The notes beneath the pieces were generated by a model. That model saw only the letters and a list, made by a program, of their open reading frames with translations, did not search any database and was not told the origin of the DNA. From Thermodesulfobacteriota bacterium (lineage in GTDB: Bacteria > Desulfobacterota > Binatia > Bin18), in contig OZ219926.1 in assembly GCA_964291405.2 (NCBI GenBank), positions 224,001-288,000 of the forward strand: a DNA stretch of 64,000 nt, given 5' to 3'. The position numbers were made by a program, and so were the translations under genes. This document shows, one piece after another, positions 42,204-53,421 of the stretch; positions within the stretch are counted from its first letter, which is position 1; each line of letters starts with the position of its first letter.

Positions 42204-42950
42204 TTAGAGAAAGTGACGTTCGGCAATATTAAGGAATTCAGCCGAGAAATTCTCCATGTCCGTTGCCAGGACGCGGACCTTTCGACTGAAGTGATTATAG
42301 GCCATCACCGATGGAATCGCAGCGGCAAGCCCGATCGCGGTTGCAATCAGCGCCTCGGCAATACCGGGTGCGACAGCTTGAATGGTCGAGGTCCGAGTCA
42401 GACTCAAGCCCCGGAAGGCATTCATAATACCCCAGACTGTTCCAAAAAGACCAATAAATGGCGCAGTGCTGGCCGTTGTGGCTAAGAAAGTCAGCGCGCG
42501 CTCCAAACGGGTCACCTGCTCGCGCACGGCCCGGCGCATAGCGCGATCGATATTATCAATCCCGCCTTCTTCCGGAATGGTCAACGGAACAGGATCAGTA
42601 GCTTCTTCAGGTGACTTCCTCGTCCGGGTGAGACGCATGAGTTCTTGATAGCCCGCTCGAAAGACCTGGGCGAGCGGACTTTCCTGCATTTCGAGGGCCG
42701 CAGTGTGAATAGCGGGGAGATTCTTGGTTTCCCAAAATATCGTGGTAAAGCGCTCAGACTCCCGCCTGGCTTGACGCAGTTGGCGAAATTTATAGAGCAT
42801 GATACCCCAACTCACGATGGAGAAGCCCAAGAGGATATAGAGGACGGCCAGGACCACCGGTCCTGAGCCTGTCACCATATCGATAATACTGTGGGACTGC
42901 CGAAGCGGAACATCGGCCTGAAGCGCAAAACGCCCAAGAAAACCATCCAT
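42204..42950 (-). CDS. tolQ: TolQ
   Basis: APFIGLFGTVWGIM, APGIAEALIATA; start uncertain. Confidence 0.93.
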   Translation of the reverse strand: MDGFLGRFALQADVPLRQSHSIIDMVTGSGPVVLAVLYILLGFSIVSWGIMLYKFRQLRQARRESERFTTIFWETKNLPAIHTAALEMQESPLAQVFRAGYQELMRLTRTRKSPEEATDPVPLTIPEEGGIDNIDRAMRRAVREQVTRLERALTFLATTASTAPFIGLFGTVWGIMNAFRGLSLTRTSTIQAVAPGIAEALIATAIGLAAAIPSVMAYNHFSRKVRVLATDMENFSAEFLNIAERHFL

Positions 42951-43137
42951 TAGTCCACTCCCCACCCTCCACACACCGGTTGGCACACATTGGGGGCTTC
43001 GTTCCTACCGTGATCGGGGAAGCCTCAAATCATCATCATTGATTGGTAGGACTAATACATGAGGAGAATCGAGTCAATCGTTTTCCTGAGGTTGGTCACT
43101 TTTACGTGACGGGCTTTCACCGGACACGAAAGTATGA

Positions 43138-44184
<1,047 letters not shown>

Positions 44185-44192
44185 GTAACCCC

Positions 44193-44954
44193 ATGGCCAC
44201 GCGGCTGCCCCTGATTGCGGGCAACTGGAAAATGCATAAGACGCCGGCGGAGACGGCTGAACTGCTCTCAGCCCTAGTCGCACGGCTGCCTGCTACGCTT
44301 TCGGATCGAGAGGTTGTGGTCGCTCCCCCCTTTACCGCCTTGGAAACCGCGGCTAGAGCGCTACGCGGCAGCCCGGTCCGTCTCTCAGCCCAGGACCTCC
44401 ACGCTGAGACGCACGGCGCGTTCACCGGCGAGGTGTCCGGACCGATGCTGAAGGCGGTTGGCTGCCGGTACGTTATTATTGGGCATTCGGAACGCCGCCA
44501 GTATTATGGAGAAACCGACGAACAGGTCGCCCAAAAAGTTACAGCCGCCCAGCGTGACGGATTGATCCCCATCGTGTGCGTGGGAGAGACCTTAGCCGAG
44601 CGCGAACGCGGCGATATGTTCACTGTGATCTCACGTCAGATTCGGGCCGGTCTTGCGGGTCAGACCGCCCAAGCCCTTGCCGCCCTCGTCCTGGCCTATG
44701 AGCCAATCTGGGCCATTGGGACGGGACAGACCGCTTCGCCGGAACAGGCGCAGGAGGTACATGCGGCCATTCGGTGGACGCTCGTCGAACTCGCCGGCCA
44801 GTCCAGTGCCGCTGCGGTCCGTATTATATATGGCGGTAGCGTCAAGCCGGATAACGTCGATGGACTGCTGGCCCAGCCCGACATTGACGGCGCGCTGGTC
44901 GGTGGGGCCAGCTTACAGGCGGACTCGTTTGCTCGTATCGTTCACTTTGAGTAG
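44193..44954 (+). CDS. tpiA: Triosephosphate isomerase
   Basis: AGNWKM, GHSERR, AYEPIWAIGTG, YGGSV. Confidence 0.98.
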   Translation: MATRLPLIAGNWKMHKTPAETAELLSALVARLPATLSDREVVVAPPFTALETAARALRGSPVRLSAQDLHAETHGAFTGEVSGPMLKAVGCRYVIIGHSERRQYYGETDEQVAQKVTAAQRDGLIPIVCVGETLAERERGDMFTVISRQIRAGLAGQTAQALAALVLAYEPIWAIGTGQTASPEQAQEVHAAIRWTLVELAGQSSAAAVRIIYGGSVKPDNVDGLLAQPDIDGALVGGASLQADSFARIVHFE

Positions 44955-44965
44955 GATATGCTCCC

Positions 44966-45454
44966 ATGATGTATACAGCCTTGATTGGCCTGCATGTTTT
45001 CGCCTGTATTTTTCTGATTGCGGTCGTACTTTTACAAACCGGCAAGGGTGCTGACATGGGAGCCGTGTTTGGCGGCGGCTCGAGTGAAACCGTCTTTGGC
45101 AGTTCCGGGGCAGGCAATTTTCTGACAAAGCTGACAACCGGCATCGCCATCCTCTTTATGTTGACCTCGCTGGTCATGACCTACGGGCTCGCACGTCAAA
45201 CATCACAAAGTTTGTTCGACGATGTCCCTGCCCCGGCTGTTCCCCAAGAGGCAACGGACGGGATTCCCCCGGCTGACATAGAAGAAGACTCAGACGCCCA
45301 ATCCGCCGCTCCTCCGCTGACTGAGACCGATGCAAGAGAGGGCAGCACGACAATGGAATACGGGGCGGAAGCTGACTCAGAAGCGGCAGCGCCGGTGGTA
45401 TCCGAAAGCGAAGAGCCTCAGGCCGAAGCGCCGGCGGCAACGCCGAGCAACTAA
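44966..45454 (+). CDS. secG: Preprotein translocase subunit SecG with a long acidic tail
   Basis: VLLQTGKGADMGAVFGGG; follows tpiA. Confidence 0.94.
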   Translation: MMYTALIGLHVFACIFLIAVVLLQTGKGADMGAVFGGGSSETVFGSSGAGNFLTKLTTGIAILFMLTSLVMTYGLARQTSQSLFDDVPAPAVPQEATDGIPPADIEEDSDAQSAAPPLTETDAREGSTTMEYGAEADSEAAAPVVSESEEPQAEAPAATPSN

Positions 45455-45594
45455 TCTTGAGAGCATCGGGTAGGACTCGCGTGCCGCATGCGCTACGCAG
45501 CATTTACGGCAAGTGCGAGTTGGCCCACGCCGTCCGGCACTTATTCGATTCCGTCTGACATGATCTTGCAGCAGTAGACGCACAGGAGCAACGC

Positions 45595-47001
45595 ATGTCG
45601 CATACTCACGCGGTCGTCATTGGTGGCAGCATGGCCGGCTTATGCACCGCACGCATACTCAGTACGCATTTTGACAGGGTCACCGTCCTGGACCGGGATG
45701 CCTGTCCCGACGGTGCGCGTGAACGTGCCGGGGTTCCGCAGAGCCGCCACGTCCATGCTTTGCTCGTACGCGGCCGGCGAGAGCTCAACCGCCTCTTTCC
45801 AGGCTTTGACACCCTGATGCTTGAGCGCGGGGCGCATGAGATTGACTTTGGAAACGACTTTGCCACGCTCCGGAACTGGGGCTGGGAACGCCGTCGCCCC
45901 ACCGGCATGATGACCCTGTTCGCCAGTCGCAACCTCATTGAATCAACCGTCCGCGAGTTGTTCCATACGCTGCCCAATGTCGAGGTACGCGAGCAAACGA
46001 GCGCGATCGGCCTGGGCATGGCTGCCGCCGGCCCTTCGCGCATTGATACGGTGCGTATCGTACCGCGCGACACGGGAGAGCCCTGTTCGATTCGGGCTAA
46101 CTTGGTCGTTGACGCCAGTGGGCGGGCGTCAAAAGCACCGAACTGGCTCCAGGCACTCGGCATCCCACTTCCGCCTGAGACTATTGTGGATGCGCATACA
46201 GGCTATAGTTCGCGTTGGTATCAAGCACCGGACCAGCTCCCCAAGGACTGGTGGTGGAAGGGCGTTTGGCTTGACCTCAAACTGCCGGAACACCCCCTGG
46301 CCGGCGTGCTTTTCCCGGTCGAACGCAACCGTTGGATTGTCACCCTGGCAGGAGTCTCCAAACACTATCCACCCAAGGACGAAGAGGAATTTACGGCGGC
46401 GCTGTCGCAACTGCGCTCTCCGGTTTTGGCCGATGCGGTACGTCTGGCCGAGCCTATCTCTTCAGTCTATGCCTACCGGAAAATGGCGAACCGCTTCCGC
46501 CGGTATGAAAAATGGAAGGCCGGCGTGGGCGGCTTTATTGCTGTGGGAGATTCCACGTGCGCGTTTAATCCCGTATATGGACAAGGCATGACAACCGGAA
46601 CCCTCTCGGCCGGTGCGCTGGACGAGTGCCTCAAAAAATACGGCCCGACGCATCCGGACCTGTCGCGGCATTTCTTTAAGGCCCAGGCTCGGGTCCAGGC
46701 CGCCCCGTGGGGTCTCGCAACCGGAGCCGACTTTAGCTTGCCGACAACGGAAGGCGAACGGCCAAAAGGCGCGCGTCTTGTTGGCCCTTATATGAATGCC
46801 CTTTTCATGGCCGCTATCGAAGACATGACCCTCCGGCGTCACGTCGGTGAAGTCCTTCAGATGCTCAAGCCACCCTCTAGTTTTTTTACACCGGCGGTCA
46901 TGGGACGCGTTGCCAAAGGCACGCTCCGTCGGTGGTGGCAACATCAATCCGAGCAGCCGGCTCCTCCGGCCATGCCACCAACGCCAATGCCCGTGGTCTA
47001 G
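45595..47001 (+). CDS. FAD-dependent oxidoreductase/monooxygenase
   Basis: VIGGSMAGL, GVPQSRHVH, VVDASGR, GDSTCAFNPVYGQGMT. Confidence 0.88.
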   Translation: MSHTHAVVIGGSMAGLCTARILSTHFDRVTVLDRDACPDGARERAGVPQSRHVHALLVRGRRELNRLFPGFDTLMLERGAHEIDFGNDFATLRNWGWERRRPTGMMTLFASRNLIESTVRELFHTLPNVEVREQTSAIGLGMAAAGPSRIDTVRIVPRDTGEPCSIRANLVVDASGRASKAPNWLQALGIPLPPETIVDAHTGYSSRWYQAPDQLPKDWWWKGVWLDLKLPEHPLAGVLFPVERNRWIVTLAGVSKHYPPKDEEEFTAALSQLRSPVLADAVRLAEPISSVYAYRKMANRFRRYEKWKAGVGGFIAVGDSTCAFNPVYGQGMTTGTLSAGALDECLKKYGPTHPDLSRHFFKAQARVQAAPWGLATGADFSLPTTEGERPKGARLVGPYMNALFMAAIEDMTLRRHVGEVLQMLKPPSSFFTPAVMGRVAKGTLRRWWQHQSEQPAPPAMPPTPMPVV

Positions 47002-47027
47002 GGGATAACCGTGCCCCCTTGCCCCCC

Positions 47028-47056
47028 TAGACCAGCTAAGAAGAGCGCGGTATTAT
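47028..47056 (+). promoter_or_regulatory. Putative sigma70 promoter for tRNA-Leu
   Basis: TAGACC-17 nt-TATTAT about 45 nt upstream of the tRNA. Confidence 0.4.
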
Positions 47057-47099
47057 CCCCTGTCCACACTCATCTTTATGGTGAAAGTGTCCTATTTTC

Positions 47100-47183
47100 G
47101 CGAGGATGGCGGAACTGGTAGACGCGCTAGTTTGAGGGACTAGTGGGGTAACACCCGTGGGGGTTCAAGTCCCCCTCCTCGCA
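47100..47183 (+). tRNA. tRNA-Leu(GAG), CCA not encoded
   Basis: Acceptor GCGAGGA/TCCTCGC; anticodon arm CTAGT-TTGAGGG-ACTAG; long variable arm; GGTTCAAGTCC T-arm. Confidence 0.96.
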
Positions 47184-47274
47184 GGCCGAACCTCCTTCCT
47201 GCTCTTTATACCTGCACGCCTCCTGCCTACGTATTCCTTGACTCCCTTTCGGGGGTGTGAAACACAGGGGGGCC

Positions 47275-49887
47275 ATGCCGAACGTCTCGTCGAACCCCAC
47301 AACCGACCCGCAACAGAATCCAGACCGTCTGCTTTTCACGCTCGAAAACGGCCTTCGCGTTGCCATTCAAGAAGACCATTTTGCGCCCGTCGTCGCTATC
47401 CAGATATGGGTCAAGGCCGGCAGTGCCGATGAAACTCCCGATGTTGCCGGTGCCGCCCATGTCCATGAGCATATGCTCTTTAAGGGCACCCAGAGGCGTC
47501 CGGTCGGAGCCATCGCCACGGAAATCGAATCATCCGGCGGCAGCATCAACGCGTTTACTACTGCAGATCATACCGTCTACCACATCGTCCTTGCCTCCCG
47601 ACATTTTTCCGATGGTCTCGATATTCTGACCGATGCCATCCAAAGCTCGACTTTTGACCCGCATGAACTGGACAAAGAACTCCAGGTCGTGATGGAAGAA
47701 TGGAAGCGCGGCGAGGATTCACCCACCACCCGAGCGGCAACCGAACTGTTTGAGGTTGCCTATACACAGCACCCGTACGGTCGTCCGATTATTGGCTATC
47801 GTGCAACCATCGAGGCGCTCAATCGTGAGCGCGTCGTGCACTTCTACCAGCGCTGGTACCATCCCAATAACATGACGGTGGTGATCGTTGGGGATATTGA
47901 TCGGGAAAAAGCTCGACAAGAAGTCCAGCGGCTCTTTGACCAGACTCCCTCCGTGCAACTTCCTGTCCGTCCTCGTCCGCCCGAACCGGCCCAGGCCGAG
48001 CTTCGCCTCTCCAGCGTGGATATGAACGTCGAGGAGTTCTACCTCTATATGGGCTTTCCCCTTCCACCGGCTGAACATACAGATATTTTCGCCCTTGATC
48101 TCCTCAGCTTTATCGTGGGCGGCGGAGAAAGCTCGACTCTGGTCCAAAAGCTCCAAGCCGAACAGGAATTGGTCAACTGGATTACGGCCAGTGCCTATAC
48201 GCCGGCCGATTCGGGCCTGTTCATCCTGGCGGCCGCCCTGGAACAAGAGAAGATTCGGCCAGCGCTCGAACAGAGCTTGGCCATACTCTTCCAGTATAAG
48301 CATACGCCTGTGACCCAGGCAGAACTCGACCGGGCTCGAACGAATCTAGCCAGTGATTTTGTTTACCGGCGGGAGACCGTCCAAGGCCAAGCCCGCCAAC
48401 TGGGGTATTTTCTCACGGTCTTCTCTGACCCCGACTATGAGCAACGCTATCTCACAGGCTTGGCCGCGGTCACACCCCAAGACATTCAGCGTGTCGCGCG
48501 TCAATACCTCTCTCCGACCAAGCTCAACGCCGTCATCCTCGGTAAGACGCAGGGCGCCAGTATCCCGACCACTGAGGACATCACACAATTGTGCCATCGC
48601 CTCGACCAACCGGTCAGCAGGACCGGCGCTCCAGCGGGAACGAACGGGACGAACGGCAGCACGGTGACAGCTATTCGCCTCGATAATGGCGTTCGTCTGC
48701 TGGTGAAGGAACACCATGGCGTTCCGGTCATGGCAGTTCAAGCGGCAACACTCGGTGGCCTCTTGTTTGAAAGCGAACACAACGCTGGCATCAGCAATTT
48801 TATTGCCGGAATGTTAACTCGTGGCAGCCAACAATTCTCACGCCTCAGCCTGGCGGAAGCGGTTGAATCGCTGGCAGGCGGCCTAAACGGTTTTTCTGGA
48901 CGGAATAGTTTAGGCTTATCGGGCTCGTTTCTCACGACCCACGTCGATGAAGGCATTGATATTTTCCTTGAGACCCTACTCCATCCGGCTTTTCCAACCG
49001 ATGAAGTCGAAAAACGTCGGCGTGAGATTTTACTGGCGCTCAAAAACCGCGAAGATGATCTCGCCCAGGTTGCGTTTGATCTGTTTTACCAGACCTTGTA
49101 CGAGACGCATCCCTATCGCCTGCTTACCCTCGGTAGCGAAGCCAGCGTCAGTGCCATGACGCAAGAGCAGGTTGCCGCTTACTACAAAACCCTCCTCGAT
49201 CCTGAACGCCTGGTGCTGAGCGTTGTTGGCGACGTTGAGACGACGCAACTGATTGACCGCCTGAGTGCCGGATTATCAACCCTACCCGCAGTCACGCCAC
49301 CCTCCGCCCCCGCGCCAGAGGCCCGCCCGAGCGGTGTTCGAGCCGCAACCAAAAAAGTGGAGAAACAACAAGCCCACGTGGTCCTAGGCTTTCAAGGCGT
49401 CACCCTTGACAATCCTGACCGATATGCGCTGAAAGTCCTCGATACCATCCTGTCTCGCCAAGGGGGACGGCTGTTCTATGAGGTGCGTGAACAGCGCGCC
49501 CTGGCCTATTCCGTGACCGCGTTCAGTGTTGAAGGACTCGCCCCAGGGACGTTTGGTGTGTACTTAGGTACAGACCCAGGCAGCGTAGACGAAGCGGTGA
49601 GCGCCACACAAACGGAGCTGGAACGTCTCCGCCAGGAGAAAGTCACATCTGACGAGCTCGAGCGAGCCAAGAAATATATGACCGGTAGCTATGAGATTTC
49701 CCTCCAATCAAATGCCGCGCAATCTGAAGAATTGGCCTTCAACGAACTGTACGGTCTCGGGCATACGCATGGGCGTCTCTATCTCAACCATATCCAACAG
49801 GTGACAGAGGCAGATGTGCAGCGTGTTGCCAATACCTATCTCAATCCAGCCGAGCAGACTCTGGTTATTGTGGGCCAAAATGAATGA
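47275..49887 (+). CDS. M16 (pitrilysin/insulinase) family zinc peptidase, two-module
   Basis: HVHEH (HxxEH), NAFT, YHPNN; the second module lacks the zinc motif. Confidence 0.93.
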   Translation: MPNVSSNPTTDPQQNPDRLLFTLENGLRVAIQEDHFAPVVAIQIWVKAGSADETPDVAGAAHVHEHMLFKGTQRRPVGAIATEIESSGGSINAFTTADHTVYHIVLASRHFSDGLDILTDAIQSSTFDPHELDKELQVVMEEWKRGEDSPTTRAATELFEVAYTQHPYGRPIIGYRATIEALNRERVVHFYQRWYHPNNMTVVIVGDIDREKARQEVQRLFDQTPSVQLPVRPRPPEPAQAELRLSSVDMNVEEFYLYMGFPLPPAEHTDIFALDLLSFIVGGGESSTLVQKLQAEQELVNWITASAYTPADSGLFILAAALEQEKIRPALEQSLAILFQYKHTPVTQAELDRARTNLASDFVYRRETVQGQARQLGYFLTVFSDPDYEQRYLTGLAAVTPQDIQRVARQYLSPTKLNAVILGKTQGASIPTTEDITQLCHRLDQPVSRTGAPAGTNGTNGSTVTAIRLDNGVRLLVKEHHGVPVMAVQAATLGGLLFESEHNAGISNFIAGMLTRGSQQFSRLSLAEAVESLAGGLNGFSGRNSLGLSGSFLTTHVDEGIDIFLETLLHPAFPTDEVEKRRREILLALKNREDDLAQVAFDLFYQTLYETHPYRLLTLGSEASVSAMTQEQVAAYYKTLLDPERLVLSVVGDVETTQLIDRLSAGLSTLPAVTPPSAPAPEARPSGVRAATKKVEKQQAHVVLGFQGVTLDNPDRYALKVLDTILSRQGGRLFYEVREQRALAYSVTAFSVEGLAPGTFGVYLGTDPGSVDEAVSATQTELERLRQEKVTSDELERAKKYMTGSYEISLQSNAAQSEELAFNELYGLGHTHGRLYLNHIQQVTEADVQRVANTYLNPAEQTLVIVGQNE

Positions 49888-49914
49888 ACAGTCCTCCAAT
49901 AGCCATGCAGATGT

Positions 49915-50850
49915 TTGAGTACATACGTTATGGGCGCAGAGCGATGGCTGCGTGTTGCGGTGTCCGTCCCCACTGAGGCGGTTGAGGCCGTCTCCTATTC
50001 CCTGGTCGAACTCGGCTCAATCGGTATTGCTGAGGAAGAATGGAAACCGGACACGCCACCGCCAGCCTGGACGCTCGTCCAAGGTTTTTTCCCTGCAGAC
50101 CGGGACTCCGCGGCGTTGTTGACAAGCCTCACGAAACATATCCGGCATATCGCCACCGAGTATCCTGCCCTAGTCACCTGTATTCCTGAGTGTGAGGTCA
50201 TTACCAGTGACAGCTGGCAAGAGCGCTGGAAAACCCACTTTCCTCCTCTTCCGGTTGGACAACGCCTGCTCATCCTCCCACCCTGGGAAGTACGGCCCGC
50301 GTACTCGAAGCGAGAGGTGATTGAGATTAATCCCAGCATGGCGTTCGGCACAGGTCATCACGCGACCACACACACCTGTCTGGAAGCGCTCGAAGCGTTA
50401 TGCGACATGTATGGTCCTCCCACGCAGGCCCTGGACCTGGGCACCGGGTCTGGGATTCTGGCTATTACCTTAGCCAAGCTAGGAGTTCTTTCCGTTTGGG
50501 CAACGGACATCGATCCGACCGCACGCGAAGAAGCGCAGAAAAACGCACTGGTAAACGGTGTCGCAACAGCCGTCCATATCAGCGCTGCCAACCTCAACGA
50601 ACTTCCGGCACCTTTTCAATTAGTCGTCGCCAATCTTTTTGCCTCAACGCTGATTGCATTCTGTCCAGCGCTCACGCAAATACTGACGCGTTCCGGCCAC
50701 GCCATCTTATCCGGTATCCAGAGCGACCAGACCAAGGCCGTGCTTGGGGCATTCAGCGCACCAGACTGGGTTCTGGTAGAGCACCGCTCCAAAGACGACT
50801 GGGCAACTCTGATCTTACGTCGGAGCGGCGACCCACCGGACGGCAGATGA
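49915..50850 (+). CDS. prmA: 50S ribosomal protein L11 methyltransferase
   Basis: PSMAFGTGHHATT, LDLGTGSGILAI; upstream of rsmE. Confidence 0.92.
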   Translation: MSTYVMGAERWLRVAVSVPTEAVEAVSYSLVELGSIGIAEEEWKPDTPPPAWTLVQGFFPADRDSAALLTSLTKHIRHIATEYPALVTCIPECEVITSDSWQERWKTHFPPLPVGQRLLILPPWEVRPAYSKREVIEINPSMAFGTGHHATTHTCLEALEALCDMYGPPTQALDLGTGSGILAITLAKLGVLSVWATDIDPTAREEAQKNALVNGVATAVHISAANLNELPAPFQLVVANLFASTLIAFCPALTQILTRSGHAILSGIQSDQTKAVLGAFSAPDWVLVEHRSKDDWATLILRRSGDPPDGR

Positions 50851-50851
50851 T

Positions 50852-51601
50852 ATGCCACGCTTCTTCATCTCATCCCAGACCATCGTCCAGGATCGGGCTC
50901 AGCTCAGCGGGGCAGAGTTTCATCATCTGCGGCATGTCCTGCGGCTCGGGCGTGGCGCACGAGTCACCCTGTACGATGAAAGAGGAGCGACCTATCACGG
51001 TGAGATTCTCCATATCGCGTCGGCCCACGCCGAGGTCGGCATTACGGAACACGCCCCTCCCGCAACCCCCGCCTTTCACTTCACCCTGGCTCAGGGAACG
51101 CTCAAAGGACGTAGAATGGACCTCGTGATTGAGAAAGCCACCGAGCTCGGCGTTCATACTATTGTGCCCTTTGTCTCGGCCTTTACGGTTGTCCGTATTT
51201 CTGACAGCAAACGGGCTGAACGTCTAGCGCGCTGGCAGCACATCGCCCGCGCCGCGGTAAAACAGTCGGGCAGCCCGCCTCCCGAGATTCGCCCGCCGCA
51301 GTCCTTTCCTGAGCTCTTACGCTCCGTTCCGGCTCCTTCAGGGAAGCTTATTTTCTCAGAACGAGAGCGGACTTTGCACCTCAGGGATTTTGCGCAAAAC
51401 TCTGCTCAGTTCGATGCCCTCTATATTCTGGTCGGTCCGGAAGGCGGCTTTGCTCCCGAAGAAATCGAGCAGGCCCAGGCCGCCGGGTTCGTGTCGGTCA
51501 GTTTGGGCGCTTCGGTGCTACGGGCGGAGACGGCGAGTATAACCGCTGTCGCCCTGTGTCAGTTTCTGTGGCGTGATATCCAATTTCCCCCCTTGCCTTA
51601 A
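50852..51601 (+). CDS. rsmE: 16S rRNA m3U1498 methyltransferase
   Basis: HLRHVLRL, EKATELG, VGPEGGF, LRAETA. Confidence 0.95.
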   Translation: MPRFFISSQTIVQDRAQLSGAEFHHLRHVLRLGRGARVTLYDERGATYHGEILHIASAHAEVGITEHAPPATPAFHFTLAQGTLKGRRMDLVIEKATELGVHTIVPFVSAFTVVRISDSKRAERLARWQHIARAAVKQSGSPPPEIRPPQSFPELLRSVPAPSGKLIFSERERTLHLRDFAQNSAQFDALYILVGPEGGFAPEEIEQAQAAGFVSVSLGASVLRAETASITAVALCQFLWRDIQFPPLP

Positions 51602-51689
51602 ACCCAACGACTGCCTAGCATGCCGCACCTGTGGGCAGAGGAAACCCTTCTTCGACTCGACGGGAGCGTGCCGACTAAGAGGAGGCAGC

Positions 51690-52655
51690 ATGATGCGTTT
51701 CGCCTTTATTATGGACCCGATTCAACACGTCCTCATCGATAAAGACACTACCTTTGTTTTTATGCTTGAGGCACAGTCCCGTGGCCATGAGGTCTGGTAT
51801 CTGGAAATGTCCGACTTGTTTATTGAACGCGCGCGCGCCATGGGCCGAGTCCGCCGGATCGAACTGCGCCGAGAGCTGGACAACCATTTTACCTTTGGCG
51901 CAGAACACACGGGCCCGTTGGGTGAGTTTGACGCGATTTTTATGCGCAAAGATCCACCCTTTGATATTGCCTATCTACACGCTACCCAACTGCTCGACCT
52001 TGCCCGGAATGAAGGGGCGGTTGTCCTCAACCGCCCCTCTGGTCTGCGCGCGGCAAACGAGAAACTCTACGCCCTCAACTTCCCCAGCGTCATCCCCGCT
52101 ACCTTGATCAGCCACGACGCCAAGCGCCTCAAGGCCTTTCTCGATGAGCTAGGCGGAGAGATGATTATTAAACCCATAGACGGTCATGGCGGGGCCGGCA
52201 TTTTTTATGTCCGTCAGGATGATCGAAATCTAAATTCTATCCTCGAAACCCTGACCCAGAACGGTCGCGAGGCCATCATTGCCCAGCAGTATATCCCGGA
52301 AGTCCGTCAGGGCGACAAACGTCTCATCGCCCTGAACGGTGACCCCATCGGCTGTACCCTGCGGGTGCCTCGGGCCGATGAAAATCGGGGCAATATCCAT
52401 GTGGGTGGAACCTGCGTCAAGGCGGATATAACCGATCGTGATAAAGAGATCTGTCGAACCGTCGCCCCGTTTCTCCAAAGGGACGGGCTGTATTTCGTCG
52501 GGCTCGACATCATTGGCGACTACCTGACCGAGGTCAATGTCACCAGCCCAACCGGTGTGCAGGAAATTGATCGGCTCAACCAGACCTGCCTGGAGGCTCA
52601 GGTCATTGACTTTGCCGAACAACAGGTGGCAGCGCAGCAGCGCAGCCGTACGTAA
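51690..52655 (+). CDS. gshB: Glutathione synthetase
   Basis: FIMDPI, MRKDPPFD, NEKL, RGNIHVGG, TEVNVTSPTG; ATG after GAGGAGG. Confidence 0.95.
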   Translation: MMRFAFIMDPIQHVLIDKDTTFVFMLEAQSRGHEVWYLEMSDLFIERARAMGRVRRIELRRELDNHFTFGAEHTGPLGEFDAIFMRKDPPFDIAYLHATQLLDLARNEGAVVLNRPSGLRAANEKLYALNFPSVIPATLISHDAKRLKAFLDELGGEMIIKPIDGHGGAGIFYVRQDDRNLNSILETLTQNGREAIIAQQYIPEVRQGDKRLIALNGDPIGCTLRVPRADENRGNIHVGGTCVKADITDRDKEICRTVAPFLQRDGLYFVGLDIIGDYLTEVNVTSPTGVQEIDRLNQTCLEAQVIDFAEQQVAAQQRSRT

Positions 52656-52665
52656 CTGACACCCA

Positions 52666-53382
52666 ATGCCGCACGACACGCGCACTCCGGCTGGCCGGGC
52701 TTGGTCGGTGCATACCCGCGAGGTTCTCTATTCTTTTCTGGCTGGAATTTTTCTCACCTCGCTGACCTTGGGGAACGTTGTCGGGATTACGAAGTTCGTC
52801 GATCTTGGCTGGTTTGTAATTCCGACCGGACTGTTGGCCTACCCTTTTACTTTTTTGGCCACCGACCTGATCAGCGAACTCTATGGCCGACGGCGGGCGC
52901 AGTCCATCGTCTGGGTTGGTTTTTGCATGAATTTCTTCATGCTCTTCTTGATGTGGTTTGGCCATGTGTTACCGGATGCTACGGGCGTATCGGGGGCAAC
53001 CGCAACGTTTGACGCGGTGTACGCCTTTATGAAGCCGGGCGTTCTCGCCTCTATGGTTGCCTATCTGGTCGCTCAGTCCGTTGATGTGCACCTCTTCCAT
53101 TTCTGGCAACAGCTCACCAAGGGGCGACATTTGTGGCTGCGCAATAACGGCTCGACTATGCTCAGCCAGATCGTTGATACGTTTCTCATCTCGTCAATTC
53201 TGTATGCTTCTGGCGCGCTCGGTTCAGCCGTGGATTCGATCGACAAACTTATTCCGCTGGCGCTGTCCTCGTATGCGTTTAAGCTCGTCTTTGCCCTGCT
53301 CGACACACCCCTGTTCTATCTGGGGGTGTATTGCCTGAGAGACCGCGTCCCAGCCGTAGACGAGAGTCGCCCTACAGCGTAA
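52666..53382 (+). CDS. Queuosine precursor transporter (YhhQ/Vut_1 family)
   Basis: YPFTFLATDLISELYG, HLWLRNNGST, SQIVDT, LDTP. Confidence 0.9.
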   Translation: MPHDTRTPAGRAWSVHTREVLYSFLAGIFLTSLTLGNVVGITKFVDLGWFVIPTGLLAYPFTFLATDLISELYGRRRAQSIVWVGFCMNFFMLFLMWFGHVLPDATGVSGATATFDAVYAFMKPGVLASMVAYLVAQSVDVHLFHFWQQLTKGRHLWLRNNGSTMLSQIVDTFLISSILYASGALGSAVDSIDKLIPLALSSYAFKLVFALLDTPLFYLGVYCLRDRVPAVDESRPTA

Positions 53383-53421
53383 CCGACACGCTCAGGCGTA
53401 CGCCGTAGCCGTGTCAGCCGG

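Noticed and set aside
48637-48660. Short GGxACGAAC tandem encoding GTNGTNG
   Set aside because: Two copies only, in the inter-module linker of the M16 peptidase.
52656-52665. preQ1 riboswitch ahead of the queuosine precursor transporter
   Set aside because: Only 10 nt separate it from gshB and no preQ1 motif is visible.
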